From: Oceanotoga teriensis
GTDB lineage: Bacteria; Thermotogota; Thermotogae; Petrotogales; Petrotogaceae
Direction of reading: 5' to 3'
Assembly (NCBI RefSeq): GCF_003148465.1
Contig: NZ_QGGI01000003.1
Location: 91,940 to 155,939, forward strand
DNA: 64,000 nucleotides
The notes beneath the pieces are model-generated. The model worked only from the letters and a program-made list of their open reading frames with translations, ran no database searches and was not told where the DNA came from. Numbering within the stretch: position 1 is the first letter of the stretch; every line of letters starts with the position of its first letter. The position numbers and the translations under genes are program-made. Positions 61,832-64,000 of the stretch are shown here, one piece after another.

Positions 61832-62590
61832 ATGAATCAAAGGAACAAAAAAAACAAAAAAGATAAAAAAGAAAATGTTAAAATATTAGGTCCAGAAGAT
61901 TTAATGCATTTAGATGTAGCAAGTGTTGTTGATATAGTTAATCAAAAAATAAAAGGAAACAAAAAAGAAGTAAAAAAAATAAAACCAGAAGGATTTGAAC
62001 ATTATTATACAGAGAATCCAACATCTGAAATGAGATCTAAAAAATTAAAATTAAAATTAAAAAATGATCATGAATATATATTTAAATCTGTAACTGGAGT
62101 TTATGGAAAGAAAAAAATAGACAAAGCTACAAGACTTTTAATAGAAAATGCAGAAATTTATGGAGAAAATATTTTAGACATAGGATGCGGATATGGTCCT
62201 ATTGGTATAACTTTAAAAAAAGAGAATCCAAATTTAAAAATGTATATGAGTGATATAAATAATAGAGCATGTGATTATGCCGGTGTAAATGCTAAAGATA
62301 ACAATGCTGATATTGAAATAAGACAAGGTTATCTTTATGAACCATGGGAAGATATGATGTTTGATACAATAATTTCAAATCCTCCAATAGTAGCAGGTAA
62401 AAAAGTTTGGCAATCTTTGATAGAAGGTTCTTATAAACATTTAAATAAAGATGGAGTATTACTTTTAGTAGCTTATCACAATAAAGGTGGTAAAAGAATA
62501 CAAGAATATATGGAAAATATATTTAAAAATGTAGACACTTTACAAAAAAGTGGTGGAATAAGAGTATATAAATCTATAAAGGAAGAATAA
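61832..62590 (+). CDS. class I SAM-dependent methyltransferase (RsmC/RlmG-like small-domain MTase)
   Basis: VLDIGCGYGPIG motif I and ISNPPI catalytic motif; GGAGG RBS before the ATG at 61832. Confidence 0.6.
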   Translation: MNQRNKKNKKDKKENVKILGPEDLMHLDVASVVDIVNQKIKGNKKEVKKIKPEGFEHYYTENPTSEMRSKKLKLKLKNDHEYIFKSVTGVYGKKKIDKATRLLIENAEIYGENILDIGCGYGPIGITLKKENPNLKMYMSDINNRACDYAGVNAKDNNADIEIRQGYLYEPWEDMMFDTIISNPPIVAGKKVWQSLIEGSYKHLNKDGVLLLVAYHNKGGKRIQEYMENIFKNVDTLQKSGGIRVYKSIKEE

Positions 62591-62591
62591 A

Positions 62592-63344
62592 ATGTTTTTT
62601 GAATGTAAAAATATAGAATTTGATTATAATGAAAATAAAATATTGAAAAATATCTCCCTAGAATTTAAAAAGGGAGAATTTGTTGGTTTAGTTGGAGATA
62701 ATGGTTCTGGAAAATCAACATTAATGAAAATTTTAAGCGGTATATATGAACCTAAAAATGGGAAAATAATATATGAAAATGAAGAATTGAATATAAAAAA
62801 TAGAACAAAAATTGGTTATGTTTTTCAAAATCCAGAAAATCAAATAGTTGGAGTTACTGTTGATGAGGATATAGCTTTTGGACTTGAAAATACAGGTGTT
62901 CCAAGAGAAGAAATGATAAAAAAAATAAAATGGGCACTCGATGTAGTTGGATTAAATGAAAAAGAAAAAGCTGATCCAAACACTTTATCTGGGGGTCAAA
63001 AACAAAGACTCGCAATTGCTTCAATAGTTGCAATGGATCCTTCCATAATATTTATGGATGAACCTACAACTATGTTAGATCCAAAGGGAAGACTTGAAGT
63101 TTATAAAGTAATAAAAAAACTTGTGAATATGGGAAAAACTATAATTATTGCATCGCATCATGCACCAGATTTAAATGAAGTTGATAGAATTATAGGACTT
63201 AAAAATGGTAAAGTTATTTATGATGGAAATAGAGATAAATTTTATATGAATACAAAAATGGCTATAGAAATACCTTTTGATATAAAATTAAAAAAATTTT
63301 TAAATAAATCTTATGATGAGTTGGTGGAAGAAATATGTCAATAA
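62592..63344 (+). CDS. ecfA1: energy-coupling factor transporter ATPase EcfA1
   Basis: single ABC cassette (GDNGSGKST, LSGGQKQR); 250 aa. Confidence 0.8.
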   Translation: MFFECKNIEFDYNENKILKNISLEFKKGEFVGLVGDNGSGKSTLMKILSGIYEPKNGKIIYENEELNIKNRTKIGYVFQNPENQIVGVTVDEDIAFGLENTGVPREEMIKKIKWALDVVGLNEKEKADPNTLSGGQKQRLAIASIVAMDPSIIFMDEPTTMLDPKGRLEVYKVIKKLVNMGKTIIIASHHAPDLNEVDRIIGLKNGKVIYDGNRDKFYMNTKMAIEIPFDIKLKKFLNKSYDELVEEICQ

Positions 63345-64000
63345 AAGTAAAAAATCTTACATATACATATTCTAAAAATACACCATTTGAAAAGATAGCT
63401 TTAAACAATATAAATTTAGAAATAAAATCTGGAGAATTATGGCTATTTGTTGGTCATACGGGGTCTGGTAAAAGTACATTAATAAATACGTTTAATGGCC
63501 TTTTAATTCCTCAACAAGGTGAAGTATATATAGATGAAGAGTCTACAAAATCTAAAGAAATAAAAATAAAGGATATAAGAAGAAAAGTAGGTATAATATT
63601 TCAATATCCAGAAACTCAGTTTTTTTTACCTACCATAAAAGAAGAAATATTATATGCACCCAAAAATTTTAATGTAAACATAGACAAAAAAGAAATATCA
63701 TTTTATATGCAACTTTTATCTTTACCTTATGAATATCTTGAAAGATCTCCTTTTAACTTATCTGGTGGAGAAATGAGAAAAGTAGCTATAATTTCAGTAT
63801 TATCTTATAAACCAGAGTATATAATTTTTGATGAACCAACTGTTGGTTTAGATTATTCTACCAGAGAATCTGTTTTTAATACAATAAAACAACTCAATAA
63901 AATGGGAAAGACAATAATATTATCTACACATTGGATAAGTGAATTTCTTGAATTAAAACCGAATGTATTAATGTTAAAAGATTCAAAAGAAGCTTTTATA
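63335..64000 (+). CDS. ecfA2: energy-coupling factor transporter ATPase EcfA2 (3'-truncated by the window end)
   Basis: MSIKVKNLTYTY...GHTGSGKST...LSGGEMRK; overlaps the ecfA1 stop. Confidence 0.7.
   Translation, partial: MSIKVKNLTYTYSKNTPFEKIALNNINLEIKSGELWLFVGHTGSGKSTLINTFNGLLIPQQGEVYIDEESTKSKEIKIKDIRRKVGIIFQYPETQFFLPTIKEEILYAPKNFNVNIDKKEISFYMQLLSLPYEYLERSPFNLSGGEMRKVAIISVLSYKPEYIIFDEPTVGLDYSTRESVFNTIKQLNKMGKTIILSTHWISEFLELKPNVLMLKDSKEAFI

Noticed and set aside
1-64000. CRISPR arrays, rRNA genes and defence-system gene clusters
   Set aside because: No spaced direct repeats and no rRNA-like GC-rich blocks longer than the tRNA, SRP RNA and riboswitch were seen. No restriction, Cas, Abi or toxin-antitoxin-like ORFs were present.

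Overview
This window is an AT-rich (roughly 28-30% GC) bacterial chromosome segment in which the structured RNAs stand out as GC-rich islands, which fits a thermophile. The gene content suggests a diderm anaerobe, possibly Thermotogota, though Fusobacteriota cannot be excluded; this is inference only. Three blocks are present: (1) 1.1-9.3 kb, a complete shikimate/chorismate operon (aroH-aroF-aroA-aroE-HAD-aroC-aroKB fusion-aroQ); (2) 9.3-22.6 kb, housekeeping genes: FolT behind a THF riboswitch, MscS, a membrane pyrophosphatase, an unusual PFK, and SecDF-YajC; (3) 22.7-39.9 kb, a 17-kb Firmicutes-style ethanolamine-utilisation (eut) microcompartment island (eutG-S-P-V-W-A-B-C-L-M/K-E-M-T-pduL-X-N-pduT-H-Q). 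In this island the ANTAR response-regulator gene eutV is split exactly between its receiver and ANTAR domains by a 1.7-kb IS3-family element. Three EutV-type dual-hairpin/terminator control sites are still present. After the island come a 5'-nucleotidase, a DUF89 protein, the rpmH-rnpA-yidD-yidC-jag cluster, serS, pflAB and a dedicated ECF transporter. A tRNA-Glu follows, then a seven-Asn leader peptide with a terminator in front of an archaeal-type asnA-glnA pair, then purH, an SRP RNA and the shared EcfA1/A2 ATPases. No CRISPR, rRNA or obvious defence system was seen. The most interesting points are the IS-split eutV, the Asn-codon leader peptide and the horizontally acquired look of the eut island.
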